From Macrostomum lignano (Eukaryota): a stretch of DNA of 64,000 bases. Under the pieces are notes generated by a model. It ran no database searches, was not told the origin of the DNA, and saw only the letters and a program-made list of their open reading frames with translations. The position numbers and the translations under genes were made by a program. This document shows positions 1-12,085 of the stretch, piece after piece; within the stretch, counting starts at the first letter, position 1; the number at the start of each line of letters is the position of its first letter. Location of the stretch: positions 177,010 through 241,009 of the forward strand of contig NIVC01000707.1 in the NCBI GenBank assembly GCA_002269645.1. Direction: 5' to 3'.

Positions 1-290
1 TCAGTACAGTGATCATGGAGCATTGTCAGTCATGTGATTACTGTGTCAGTACACTAACTGATCATGGAGCATTGTCAGTCATGTGATTACTGTGTCAGTA
101 CACTAACTGATCATGGAGCATATTGTCAGTCATGTGATTACTGTGTCAGTACAGTGATCATGGAGCATTGTCAGTCATGCGATTACTGTGTCAGTACACT
201 CACTGATCATGGAGCATATTGTCAGTCATGTGATTACTGTGTCAGTACAGTGATCATGGAGCATTGTCAGTCATGTGATTACTGTGTCAG
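1..290. repeat. Minisatellite, ~42-47 bp unit (TCAGTACAGTGATCATGGAGCATTGTCAGTCATGTGATTACTGTG), runs off the window start
   Basis: Directly visible tandem units; the 64..300 ORF is a repeat artefact. Confidence 0.95.
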
Positions 291-850
291 TGCCGATTAA
301 GACACCAGAAAGAGAGAGGGGCGGCGCTGCAATTAGAGCAGAAGCTGAGCCCAACACAAACTAGAAGCTAAATCAGACAATTATTAAATAGATAAAACAT
401 GAAAATTGCGAGCTTGCGCGGTAAAAATGACTCAACATTTATTTGATCCCGCGCTCATTAGCATATTTATAGCTATGATAAACAATCGGCAGGTGCATGC
501 AGGCGAAGCCGGTGCTTCTCAAATACTAATTGGGTTGCGCGTGTAAACAATTCGGTCCAACAAAGTGATTTGAATTGCGACATCAAAAAATTGCAGATAA
601 GAGCGTACATGTAGCAAGGAAACAGAAGCCATATCTATCTATTCCAGAGAAGGAACTTGTGCAGAAGCTTAGTCATTTACTCGTGTTATTTATGAGACAT
701 CACAACAGCATAACAAAGACTACAGATAGATAGGATAGACCCAACAACAGAGCGCAGTAAAAGAGCATCTTGCACTATATATAATTGCCAATAAAATAAT
801 AAGCCTTGACTGGCTAAAACTAATTGCGAATCGGCCAGGTCTTTGCGGAG

Positions 851-1731
851 GCCGGTTTCTGAGACCTGAGCCTGCACACTGTGATGGGGAGTGGCCGGTT
901 TCTGAGACCTGAGCCTGCACACTGTGATGGGGAGTGGCCGGTTTCTGAGACCTGAGCCTGCACACTGTGATGGGGAGTGGCCGGTTTCTGAGACCTGAGC
1001 CTGCACACTGTGATGGGGAGTGGCCGGTTTCTGAGACCTGAGCCTGCACACTGTGATGGGGAGTGGCCGGTTTCTGAGACCTGAGCCTGCACACTGTGAT
1101 GGGGAGTGGCCGGTTTCTGAGACCTGAGCCTGCACACTGTGATGGGGGTGGCCGGTTTCTGAGACCTGAGCCTGCACACTGTGATGGGGAGTGGCCGGTT
1201 TCTGAGACCTGAGCCTGCACACTGTGATGGGGAGTGGCCGGTTTCTGAGACCTGAGCCTGCACACTGTGATGGGGAGTGGCCGGTTTCTGAGACCTGAGC
1301 CTGCACACTGTGATGGGGGTGGCCGGTTTCTGAGACCTGAGCCTGCACACTGTGATGGGGGTGGCCGGTTTCTGAGACCTGAGCCTGCACACTGTGATGG
1401 GGGTGGCCGGTTTCTGAGACCTGAGCCTGCACACTGTGATGGGGGTGGCCGGTCACTGAGACCTGAGCCTGCACACTGTGATGGGGAGTGGCCGGTTTTT
1501 GAGACCTGAGCCTGCACACTGTGATGGGGAGTGGCCGGTTTTTGAGACCTGAGCCTGCACACTGTGATGGGGGTGGCCGGTTTCTGAGACCTGAGACTGC
1601 ACTGTGATGGGGTGGCTGGTTTCTGAGACCTGAGCCTGCACACTGTGATGGGGGTGGCCGGTTTCTGAGACCTGAGCCTGCACACTGTGATGGGGGTGGG
1701 TGGCCGGTCTCTGAGACCTGAGCCTGCACAC
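851..1731. repeat. Minisatellite, 43 bp unit (GCCGGTTTCTGAGACCTGAGCCTGCACACTGTGATGGGGAGTG), downstream of the DNAJC16 stop
   Basis: Period 43 (851, 894, ...), about 20 copies. Confidence 0.97.
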
Positions 1732-1835
1732 AGGGATGGAGTTCATGGCCATGGAATTACAGTACAGGTACTGGTGCTAATGCATAGTTCAGAGAGATTA
1801 GACCTTCAATTTAAATCATGAATAGTTTTGATCTG

Positions 1836-4800
1836 TCAGCTGCGGCCGTCCACATCCAGCGACTCTGGCCAGGCGTCCACCCGCACCCTGGGCAGCTGGC
1901 CGTCGAACAGCCGGTCCAGCCAGTTCGGCAGGCCGGCCAGCAGGTCCCGCTCGAACAGCGGCGCGTCTGGCTCGCTCAGCGGGTCCCCGAAGCCTCCGCC
2001 GTTGTCGCCACCGTCGCGTCGACGTCGTCGCCGTCGTTTCAGCGTGGCTGCCTCGCCGTCGTAGTCGTCCGAGGAGTCCTCGGAGGATTCGTCCGAGTCA
2101 TGCAGGCCGAGGAAGCGGCAGTCGAACTGGCGCTGCATGGCCGACCGGATTTTCGGGTGGTAGATGCAGAAGTACCTGAGGAGTGGGGTGGGTGCGGGAT
2201 GCAGAATTACCTGAGGAGTGGGGTGGGTGCGGGATGCAGAATTACCTGAGGAGTGGGGTGGGTGCTGATGCAGAATTACCTGAGGAGTGGGGTGGGTGCG
2301 GGATGCAGAAGTACCTGAGGAGTGGGGTGGGTGCGGGATGCAGAATTACCTGAGGAGTGGGGTGGGTGCGGGATGCAGAAGTACCTGAGGAGTGGGGTGG
2401 GTGCGGGATGCAGAATTACCTGAGGAGTGGGGTGGGTGCGGGATGCAGAAGTACCTGAGGAGTGGGGTGGGTGCGGGATGCAGAAGTACCTGAGGAGTGG
2501 GGTGGGTGCGGGATGCAGAAGTACCTGAGGAGTGGGGTGGGTGCGGGATGCAGAAGTACCTGAGGAGTGGGGTGGGTGCGGGATGCAGAAGTACCTGAGG
2601 AGTGGGGTGGGTGCGGGATGCAGAAGTACCTGAGGAGTGGGGTGGGTGCGGGATGCAGAAGTACCTGAGGAGTGGGGTGGGTGCGGGATGCAGAAGTACC
2701 TGAGGAGTGGGGTAGGTGCGGGATGCAGAAGTACCTGAGGAGTGGGGTGGGTGCGGGATGCAGAAGTACCTGAGGAGTGGGGTGGGTGCGGGATGCAGAA
2801 GTACCTGCGGGATATTTAGGCTGCAATAAAACTTGGGAGCTCGATATGATGTGACATTTCGAGCTTATAAAACGGTTATGGACCCACGAGTGACAAGCCC
2901 GATGAAAACGGTACCCAGGCCAAGAAGCGTCCCCAGAGTCACTTGCCTTGCCCCAGAGTCGTTGCAGGTAGCACAGGTAAGATAGGAAAGAGCTGACTCT
3001 AGACAACTCTAAAGCGACGAGATGTCCCGGTACAAGTCGCCAAAAAGTCATCAAAGAGTCACCTAAGAGCCAATTTGAAGTGTTGTATTTTCCTTGACTC
3101 TGAGGCGCTTCTATAATGAATCTGGGACCGTAGAGTCGTATTTGAGGCATGCTGGATTTCATCTCATTTCGCATTAATAACAACTCGATTTAGACTACTT
3201 GAGTTAGTAGAAAGTTAGGCGCTAACATAGCGACTTGGGAGACTTTTTTGCGACTCTTCCGATTCTGCAACTCAAGTGATGACTCAACAGACGCCTCTCT
3301 GTCGCACTGCAGTCATTTGAGTCGTTAAAAAGTCGCCCCAGAGATTTTCCAGAGCCACTAGTGAGTTGTTTGCAATGACTCTTTAAGCGATTCTTGTCAC
3401 GGTAAAGTTTTCAACGGACAGGCCAATTTCAGTGCACGCAGAGCACAGCTACCCCCCCCCCCCCAACATGTTCACATCTCACTTTCGGAACCCGTTAACG
3501 GCCAGCACAGTCCCGGAGCAGTTTCTCGGCTGGACCACCCGCTGTTCGCCCAGCTTCCGGCCGATGACAAACTCGAGGATGGCGCGGTACCAGCCCATCC
3601 GCTCGCCGACGTCCAGCACGGCGAAGCGTAGCCGTTCGACGCTGGCGAATGGCGCCAGGCAGCGGGCGAAGTCGGCGGCCAGCTTGGCCTTCAGGCTGGA
3701 GTCCACCACCAGCACCAGGGAGATCTGGCCCTGCGGACTGGCGCTGATGAGGCGCCTGTAGTTGCTAGGCTCCAGCTCCGCCAGCATCCGCGTGTTGTCT
3801 GGCCGCCGGCCAGCTGTCTCGAACGGGCTCGGCGCCCCAGTCTGGCGCCGCTGACCAGCGCCGCTGCCAGTCCCGTTGCTATGCTGGTTGCTTTGCGACT
3901 TGCGATTTGCCGAGCGGAGCTTCTGCTCCTCCCACTGGGCCAGACGGGTCATGATGTAGGCAGTGCCGATCACCATGGCAACGGTGAGCACCACGAGCAT
4001 TGGACCGCTGGGGTCGACGCCTCGAAGGTGCAGCATCGCCCGGCCGCACAGGGTGTGCAGGCGGCGCCAGATGCGGATGGGCAGCGCCGGCCGGGACTCG
4101 TCGGCAAAAGCCGGCGCCGAGGCCAGCACGGTCAGGCCGAGGGAGTCCTCGGCGACTGCGGCGATGGACTCGCGGAGCTGCTCGACGGTCAGGCTGACGT
4201 TCCAGCGGCCAGCCAGCCAGCGGTAGCCGACGCGGCTGGCCGTGGCCCGCCACAGCAGCAGCACCCGGCCGGCGAAGCTGGCGGCTGGCTCCTCGGCCGA
4301 GCCGAGCGAGCGGAGAAAGTCCAGCTGCGAGTCGGCGTGGATGTAGGCCAGTCGCACCCGAGAGTCGGCGGCTCCGTCTCGACGCCGCCGGTCCCAGCGG
4401 CGGGCCTCACGTCTGGGAATCGAGGGAAGCAGGGCGGAGTGCGAGTTACGGACGGAGTTGCTCAGATGGTGAATGGCTCAGGGGGAACTGCTCAGATGGT
4501 GAATGGCTCAGGGGGAAATGCTCAGATGGTGAATGGCTCAGGAGGAACTGCTCAGATGGTGAATGGCTCAGGGGGAAATGCTCAGATGGTGAATGGCTCA
4601 GGGGGAATTGCTCAGATGGTGAATGGCTCAGGGGGAATTGCTCAGATGGTGAATGGCTCAGGGGGAAATGCTCAGATGGTGAATGGCTCAGGGGGAATAG
4701 CTCAGATGGTGAATGGCTCAGGGGGAATGCTCAGATGGTGAATGGCTCAGGGGGAATTGCTCAGATGGTGAATGGCTCAGGGGGAAATGCTCAGATGGTG

Positions 4801-6551
4801 AATGGCTCAGGGGGAATTGCTCAGATGGTGAATGGCTCAGGGGGAAATGCTCAGATGGTGAATGGCTCAGGGGGAAATGCTCAGATGGTGAATGGCTCAG
4901 GGGGAAATGCTCAGATGGTGAATGGCTCAGGGGGAATTGCTCAGATGGTGAATGGCTCAGGGGGAATTGCTCAGATGGTGAATGGCTCAGGGGGAAATGC
5001 TCAGATGGTGAATGGCTCAGGGGGAATTGCTCAGATGGTGAATGGCTCAGGGGGAATTGCTCAGATGGTGAATGGCTCAGGGGGAAATGCTCAGATGGTG
5101 AATGGCTCAGGAGGAACTGCTCAGATGGTGAATGGCTCAGGAGGAGTTGCTCAGATGGTGAATGGCTCAGGGGGAATTGCTCAGATGGTGAATGGCTCAG
5201 GAGGAATTGCTCAGATGGTGAATGGCTCAGGAGGAATTGCTCAGATGGTGAATGGCTCAGGGGGAATTGCTCAGATGGTGAATGGCTCAGGGGGAATTGC
5301 TCAGATGGTGAATGGCTCAGGGGGAGTTCGCCCGAATGGTAAATGATTTGAAAAAGTTCGAATGCAAGTCGCTAACCTGAAGAAGGCCGCAGCCTGTCCG
5401 GTCTCCTCACCGGGCCGCAGCAGCAGCAGCACGCAGAGAAATTTGTCCCGATATGCCATCTGCGCGGGGCAGAGCTCTTCGGCCAGCTCAGGCGAGGCCA
5501 GCCGAGGCAAGGCCAGATGCTTGCGAGCTTCCAGCCAGGCGGACAGGGCCTCGGTCTCCAGGCGCGCAGACTCGAGCCGGCCGACCTCCCCGTCTTCGTC
5601 GAACAGCAGGACGGACTCCAGGCCGCCGGACAGCCGCCTGGCGGAGCGGAAGGCCTCGACGGAGCTGGATGCGGTGTCCGCATAGGCGAAGGCCAGCCGG
5701 CTGCGCCAGGCGTAGGCGGCCATGAGGAAGCGGATCGGTGGCCGGCCGAGCGGCTTGGCCAGCACCGCGCGCGGCCGGTTGTCCGACCAGCCGGACAGGA
5801 AGACGGCCGCGCCCGAGTCGGCAAGCGGCGGCAGAGTGTCCACGGGGAACAGGGAGCGGTAGAAGTCGCGCAGGCCGGCCAAGGACAGCTGTCCGGAGTA
5901 GTGGTAGGCCACGCCGTCCACCACCCCGATAATGGCGGGCACCTGGTCTATGCGCAGGATCTCGGCCAGGTTGGAGGACATCCCGGCGTGGACGACGGCC
6001 ATGGGGACGCCCAGGGGCAGCAGGTCCTCGGCCAGGCGGCGCCACAGCGGGCCGACTCGCATGCAAGGAAAGCAGAAGTCGGCTGTGGCGAATAGAAGGG
6101 CCGGCCGGCGCCACGAATCCGGCGCCAGGCGCACCTGATACTGGCGCAGGGTGATCTGCTCCAGCGCGGGGCCGCCGGCCTCGTCAGAGTGCTGCTGGTG
6201 CTGGTGAAAGAACTCGGCGAAGGGCGAGGCGTGGAACGAGTGGAAGCTGGGGTGGCGCGGGTCGGCCTGCACAGTGCCGAACATGTCGTACTCGCGCCGC
6301 TTGCTGGCATCGGACAGGATCTCGTAGGCCTCGTTGATGCGGACGAATCTGTCCGAGGCGCCAGGGTCCCTGGACTTGTCCGGGTGGTTGGCTCTGGCCA
6401 GCCGCTTGTAGGCCTGCTTGACCTCCTGGGGAGTCGCCGAACGGGACACGCCCAGCACCGAGTACAGGTCCTGCTGCTCCTCCGAGAGGGCTGCTGGCGG
6501 CAGCAGACAGAGCAGCAGCAGCAGCGACAGCAGGCGGCAGTGAGAGTGCAT
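1836..6551 (-). CDS. DNAJC16: DnaJ subfamily C member 16 (ERdj8)-like, ~814 aa; exons 6551-5377, 4412-3483, 2175-1836
   Basis: Signal peptide (MHSHCRLLSLLLLLCLL), J-domain with HPD (RANHPDKS), thioredoxin-like folds (CFPC), TM helix, and C-terminus NWLDRLFDGQLPRVRVDAWP resembling DNAJC16 LWMERLLEGSL..WP. GT-AG junctions keep frame (phase 2/2): ..AAFFR|REARRW.. and ..NGFRK|YFCIYHPK. Confidence 0.9.
2165..2810. repeat. Minisatellite, 35 bp unit, ~18 copies, in DNAJC16 intron 2; the unit contains the exon 3 splice acceptor
   Basis: Minus-strand unit CCGCACCCACCCCACTCCTCAG|GTACTTCTGCATC; the last unit overlaps the functional junction at 2176/2175. Confidence 0.95.
2920..3400. mobile_element. Possible non-autonomous DNA transposon remnant with repeated GAGTCGC/GCGACTC motifs
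   Basis: Clustered CCAGAGTC, AAAAGTCGC and GCGACTC motifs in both orientations; no clear TIR or TSD. Confidence 0.3.
4459..5335. repeat. Minisatellite, 30 bp unit (GCTCAGATGGTGAATGGCTCAGGGGGAATT), DNAJC16 intron 1
   Basis: About 29 near-identical units. Confidence 0.97.
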
Positions 6552-6644
6552 GTTTGCTGACTTGCTGCCGTCTGCCTCTAGCAGCAATCGCTGTTGGCAT
6601 GAAGGAATGAGGGAATGGAGTGAAAATAGGCGGTTTACATAATC

Positions 6645-7352
6645 TAAGATCTCACCCGTGAGAACACCTAGTAACCCGAGATCTCACCCGTGAAAATACC
6701 TAGTAACCTGAGATCTCACCCATGATCAAATACCTAGTAACCTGAGATCTCACCCATGATCAAATACCTAGTAACCTGAGATCTCACCCGTGAGAATACC
6801 TAGTAACCTGAGATCTCACCCCGTGAGAATACCTAGTAACCTGAGATCTCACCCATGATCAAATACCTAGTAACCTGAGATCTCACCCCCGTGAGAATAC
6901 CTAGTAACCTGAGATCTCACCCGTGAGAATACCCAGTAACCTGAGATTTCACCCATGATCAAATACCTAGTAACCTGAGATCTCACCCATGATCAAATAC
7001 CTAGTAACCTGAGATCTCACCCATGATCAAATACCTAGTAACCTGAGATCTCACCCATGATCAAATACCTAGTAACCTGAGATCTCACCCCCGTGAGAAT
7101 ACCTAGTAACCTGAGATCTCACCCGTGAGAATACCCAGTAACCTGAGATTTCACCCATGATCAAATACCTAGTAACCTGAGATCTCACCCATGATCAAAT
7201 ACCTAGTAACCTGAGATCTCACCCATGATCAAATACCTAGTAACCTGAGATCTCACCCATGATCAAATACCTAGTAACCTGAGATCTCACCCATGATCAA
7301 ATACCTAGTAACCTGAGATCTCACCCATGAGAATAGCTGGTAACCTGAGATC
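6645..7352. repeat. Minisatellite, ~31-35 bp unit (TAGTAACCTGAGATCTCACCCATGATCAAATACC), just upstream of the DNAJC16 5' acceptor
   Basis: Visible tandem units with two variant types. Confidence 0.95.
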
Positions 7353-7377
7353 TCTGGTGTCAATCGGAATAAATTCC

Positions 7378-7423
7378 CACTCAGGTGGTAGAGCATAGGT
7401 CAGTGGTTCGAGGCCTTCTCCAC
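7378..7423 (+). other. tRNA-derived fragment (D-loop/A-box plus T-loop/B-box, no anticodon arm)
   Basis: CTCAGGTGGTAGAGCA ... GGTTCGAGGCC; cannot fold a full cloverleaf. Confidence 0.35.
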
Positions 7424-8756
7424 TAATAATAATTCTATTATTTTCTATTTTAGTCAGTCTCTCAGGAAATTCAGTTAAACAGAGTCAAACGCTGCAAGAA
7501 GCAGAAAAAAGCTTGGTTCCGTGTGTAATTCCAGACTCGTCTGGGCGCGTGCTGAGTGGTTGAGACATCACGGTTTGAGACCTGTTAAAGTGCGGCCTCT
7601 GACTAGAGTAGAGCACAAAGTCGAGCTCAGAGTCAGTCTGAATAAAACAAGCTGCTCAAAAAAACAAATAGCGGCCCGTTTGGCGTGTCGCTAGCTTTGA
7701 GAAACAACAACAACAACAACAAACTCTTTAATGCGAATGAATATGCATTGTTTAGTGCTGTGCAAGAGAATCTTCACAGCACTACTTGCAGTAAGCCCGG
7801 CGGACGGTGCAATAACAAATAGATAGTATAAAAATAGCCTCACACTGCTGCAAGCAAGAAGCACACTAAGCAGACTAGACCGGTAATAAACTAAAGTAAT
7901 TGGCCGCTCTATTATGCAAGCAATAATTTGATTTCAAAATCACATGAGCACTACTCTTCACGCAAGTGAATTTCGATGTGTAATAATAATAGTATTAGTA
8001 TCAATATAGTATAAATAGAAGCTGCAATAAATTGCACCAGATCTGCATACCTGAGTGCATATTAACCATCCCGCTGCCTCTGAGGACGCTCACACAAGGT
8101 GTACACACATCGTCAGAGAAGTACCAAATTAAGGTGGCAGCTCTAGGAGTCGAGCCTCCCCCCCAGCCGGGACCGAGGAACCAAGTCCTCAAGACCATCT
8201 AGATGTTCAAGCTGTCCTCATCAAGCCTCTTGAAGCTGTCTAAAATCGAGCCCGCTGTGAGCATGGAGCATTATCGGTCAGACAAGCAGGTGCCAAATTA
8301 AAATAAAACACGGGTAATGCGGTAAGACTATGCGGTAACTCAATGGAACTCTGCACTGTAAGAGTAAAGAAAGCTGAGGGCACAGAGCAAGGCACAGAGT
8401 TCAGCCACTGCACTTCTGACACTAATTAACTTTCGGAGGCTGGAAAAATTGCCTCATCACATTGATAACAATACAAGCTGCGCACCAGGGGATCTTAGTT
8501 ACCTGAATAAACTATTGGGGAGCTCTAAGGATCCATACAGGATTTGCAGCCGGGATCCTTGAGGATTTGGACAAGAACCACTGTTGTATATCAGGACATT
8601 AAACTCATTTTTTCATCACAAAATCAATGATTGACTTTGATCTGGGGCAGTGAAGATTGCCATTTCTTTAATTTAGCATGCATGCGCGATCTTTGAGTTT
8701 ACGCCCTGTTATGCTACAGTGGTCCTTGGATTCGGGAGCTCAGATCCGGGATCCGG

Positions 8757-10803
8757 TCATCTCGCTGCGGCAGACGAAGGCGAAGCGGAACCGGATGAAG
8801 CCGACGAGGAGGCTGAGGCGGATCCAGCCGGGTGCTCGCGGTTGCCAGGCGCGTTTCCTGGCGCTGTAGAGGCGGCCGCATCAGCACCTGCAGCACCGGC
8901 GACGGCGGCGGCGAGCTGTTCTGAAAAGTGCGGCACGTACTCCGAATAGGCGCAGTCGCCAACGCCCACCCGGCTGGCGAACGGGGCGCCGGGCCTCGGC
9001 CGGATGTAGATGTGGCCGAGCGGCCTGCGGTCGATGGGGCAGGTGGGGCTGGTCTGGCACCAGCGGGCCAGGCAGGCGAAGCAGTACTGGTGGCAGCAGG
9101 CGTCGGGGACGCCAACGTCCGACTCGATGCGGTCGCAGCAGATGGCGCAGTCGCTGCCGATGTCCAGCATGTAGGTGGCCAGCCGGAGCTCGCCGCCGGT
9201 GGAGGCGTCGCGATCGGCGACTGTCGCTGCAGCTGGCAGCTGGCGGCCGGTGCCGCCGGACTGAAAGTCGAGGAAGGGGGCAAGAAGAGGACTAGTCATG
9301 GGATTTGAGGTTCAAGGCAATGGATCTGACAGAGTTGCGGATTTGGGGTCCTGGTTAGAATAGGGGATTTTGGGGATCGGGGATTAGAGTATAGGGATTT
9401 GGAGGATTATGAATTAGGGTAAGGGACTTTGGGAGTTCGGGATTCGGGAACACAATACACAATATGCGAATAGGGGATTTGGGGAATAGATGATGAGGGA
9501 ATAGGGGAGTTGGGAATAGAGAATTTGGAAATAGGGGATTTTGGTAATAGGTGATTTGGGAATAGGGGATTCGGGAGTAGGGGATTCGGGAATAGGGGGT
9601 TCGGGAGTAGGGGATTCGGGAATAGGGGGTTTGGGAGTAGGGGGTTCGGGAATAGGGGATTCGGGAATAGGGGATTTGGGAATAGGGGATTCGGGAGTAG
9701 GGGATTCGGGAGTAGGGGATTCGGGAATAGGGGATTTGGGAATTGGGGATTCGGGAGTAGGGGATTCGGGAGCAGGGGATTCGGGAATAGGGGGTTCGGG
9801 AGTAGGGGATTCGGGAGTAGGGGGTTCGGGAGTAGGGGATTCGGGAATAGGGGGTTTGGGAGTAGGGGGTTCGGGAATAGGGGATTCGGGAATAGGGGAT
9901 TTGGGAATAGGGGATTCGGGAGTAGGGGATTCGGGAGTAGGGGATTCGGGAATAGGGGATTTGGGAATTGGGGATTCGGGAGTAGGGGATTCGGGAGTAG
10001 GGGATTCGGGAGTAGGGGATTCGGGAATAGGGGATTTGGGAATTGGGGATTCGGGAGTAGGGGATTCGGGAGTAGGGGATTCGGGAGTAGGGGATTCGGG
10101 AATAGGGGATTTGGGAATTGGGGATTCGGGAGTAGGGGATTCGGGAGTAGGGGATTCGGGAATAGGGGGTTCGGGAGTAGGGGATTCGGAAATAGGCGAT
10201 TTGAGAATATGGGATTCGGAAATAGGGGATTTGCCTATAACATAGCTTTGGAATAATATTCAATTCGGTAAATTCCGGGGCTCAGTGATTTGGGATACCA
10301 GTAATTTTAACTTGGATTCGGAATTAGCCTAATACTCGATCAACAGCTGCCCTCACCTCGCTAGCTCCGCCGCTAGCTCCGCCGCCGCCATCGTCAGAGT
10401 CGTACTCGAACGGCGCCGGCAGCAGCCACCAGAGGCCGGTGGCGGCAGCAGCAGCGGCAGCGCCAGCCGGCTCGCAGTCCAACTCGTCCAGCGGGCACTG
10501 GCCGCAGGGCCGGCCCGCCCGAATCTTGTGAAAGCAGAGCTCGCGAAATATTCGACCGCAGGTTGGACAGCGCGAGCCGCTGACCGGGTCGCTGCGCCCG
10601 ATGTAGGCCAGCATGCAGTTGATGTGGCAGAAGTGATCTGGGCAGGTCATGGGGTGGCACAGCTCGCTCTGGCCGAGGCCGACGGCGCCCCAGGCCCGGA
10701 TGACCCGGCAGCACAGCAGGCAGACGGTGTGCGGCCTGGCGCGGGTCTGGCACCGGTGCCGAGCCCGCCAGACGCTTCTCTGCTTCTCCAGCCACTTCAG
10801 CAT
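8757..10803 (-). CDS. Tandem RING-finger protein with two PHRF1/SCAF11-type RINGs, ~316 aa; exons 10803-10357 and 9260-8757
   Basis: RING2 CAICC..VGVPDACCHQYCFACLARWCQTSPTCPIDRRPLGHIYIR matches the PHRF1/SCAF11 RING pattern; RING1 CLLC..CPDHFCHINC..CPTCGRIF is a degenerate copy. Phase-0 GAG|GTGAGG donor and a strong pyrimidine-tract TTTCAG acceptor. Confidence 0.75.
9540..10240. repeat. G-rich 15 bp minisatellite (GGGGATTCGGGAGTA/AATA) in the RING gene intron
   Basis: Visible tandem units. Confidence 0.95.
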
Positions 10804-11057
10804 GCGACGGCGGCAGCCCGGGGCTGAAATGGTGCATGCGCCTTGCAGACTACTGACTGAGGAACTGGGCAGTAGCAAAATTAGAAAATACGGTTAATTT
10901 AAATTGTTATACCGAACGATTTAAAGATTTTGGGCACAAAAGATACGCGTGGTAACTAAGAAGCCAACAAATGCGAATTGGCATTGAAAAATTGCATAAT
11001 TATATATTTATCTAAATTACAGCCAGCTCCAGCTCAGCCACTCTGTACTCAGTCCAT

Positions 11058-11258
11058 TCAGTCCGAGGAGCCGTGCTTTCGCAGAGTTCGAATCTTCTTC
11101 ACCTCCCTGTACAGCACCTCCTGCTGCACCAGCGGGTCGAAGGCCAGCAGCTCTTTTTTGGTTGGCGAGTTTCGCGGCCTGAAGGCCAGCCGGGTGTGGC
11201 CGGTGCCCGCCAGGCTCTCAACCAGCACCATCGTCATGCGCACGAAGCCGCTCGACAT
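11058..11258 (-). CDS. MRPL33: Mitochondrial ribosomal protein L33 (bL33m), 66 aa
   Basis: VLVESLAGTGH..LLAFDPLVQQEVLYREVKKIRTL matches the bL33 pattern ([30 protein letters not shown]); acceptor TTGCAG 8 nt before the ATG. Confidence 0.88.
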   Translation of the reverse strand: MSSGFVRMTMVLVESLAGTGHTRLAFRPRNSPTKKELLAFDPLVQQEVLYREVKKIRTLRKHGSSD

Positions 11259-11319
11259 GGCAACGGCTGCAACAGGTAAGCGGCTGTGCGATTGGTTGGT
11301 ATGCTTTAGCGGACACACA

Positions 11320-12085
11320 GTACATGACCCTCAGCACAGGACACACATTGCATAACCCTCAGCACAGAACCCACATAGCATAACCCTCAGCACAGACACA
11401 CATTACATGACCCTCAGCACAGACACACATTACATGACCATCAGCACAGACACACATTACATGACCCTCAGCACAGACACACATTACATGACCCTCAGCA
11501 CAGACACACATTACATGACCCTCAGCACAGACACACATTGCATGACCCTCAGCACAGACCCACATTACATGACCCTCAGCACAGAACCCACATAGCATGA
11601 CCCTCAGCACAGACACACATTACATGTACATGACCCTCAGCACAGGACACACATTGCATAACCCTCAGCACAGAACCCACATAGCATAACCCTCAGCACA
11701 GACACACATTACATGACCCTCAGCACAGACACACATTACATGACCATCAGCACAGACACACATTACATGACCCTCAGCACGGACACACATTACATGACCC
11801 TCAGCACAGACACACATTACATGACCCTCAGCACAGGACACATTACATGACCCTCAGCACGAACACATTACATGACCCTCAGCACAGGACACATTACATG
11901 ACCCTCAGCACGAACACACATTACATGACCCTCAGCACAGGACACATTACATGACCCTCAGCAGACACACAGTACATGACCCTCAGCACAGACCCACATT
12001 ACATGACCCTCAGCACAGACACACATTACATGACCCTCAGCAGACACACATTGCATGACCCTCAGCACAGACACACATTACATGA
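11320..12085. repeat. Minisatellite, ~27 bp unit (CATGACCCTCAGCACAGACACACATTA), upstream of the MRPL33 acceptor
   Basis: Visible tandem units. Confidence 0.95.

Noticed and set aside
8078-8120. CTGAGGA..CGTCAGAG hairpin as a second hammerhead; nearby TATAAATAGAAGC resembles the 47808 repeat
   Set aside because: No GAAA after stem II on either strand; similarity to the 46-48 kb repeats is limited to the TATA motif
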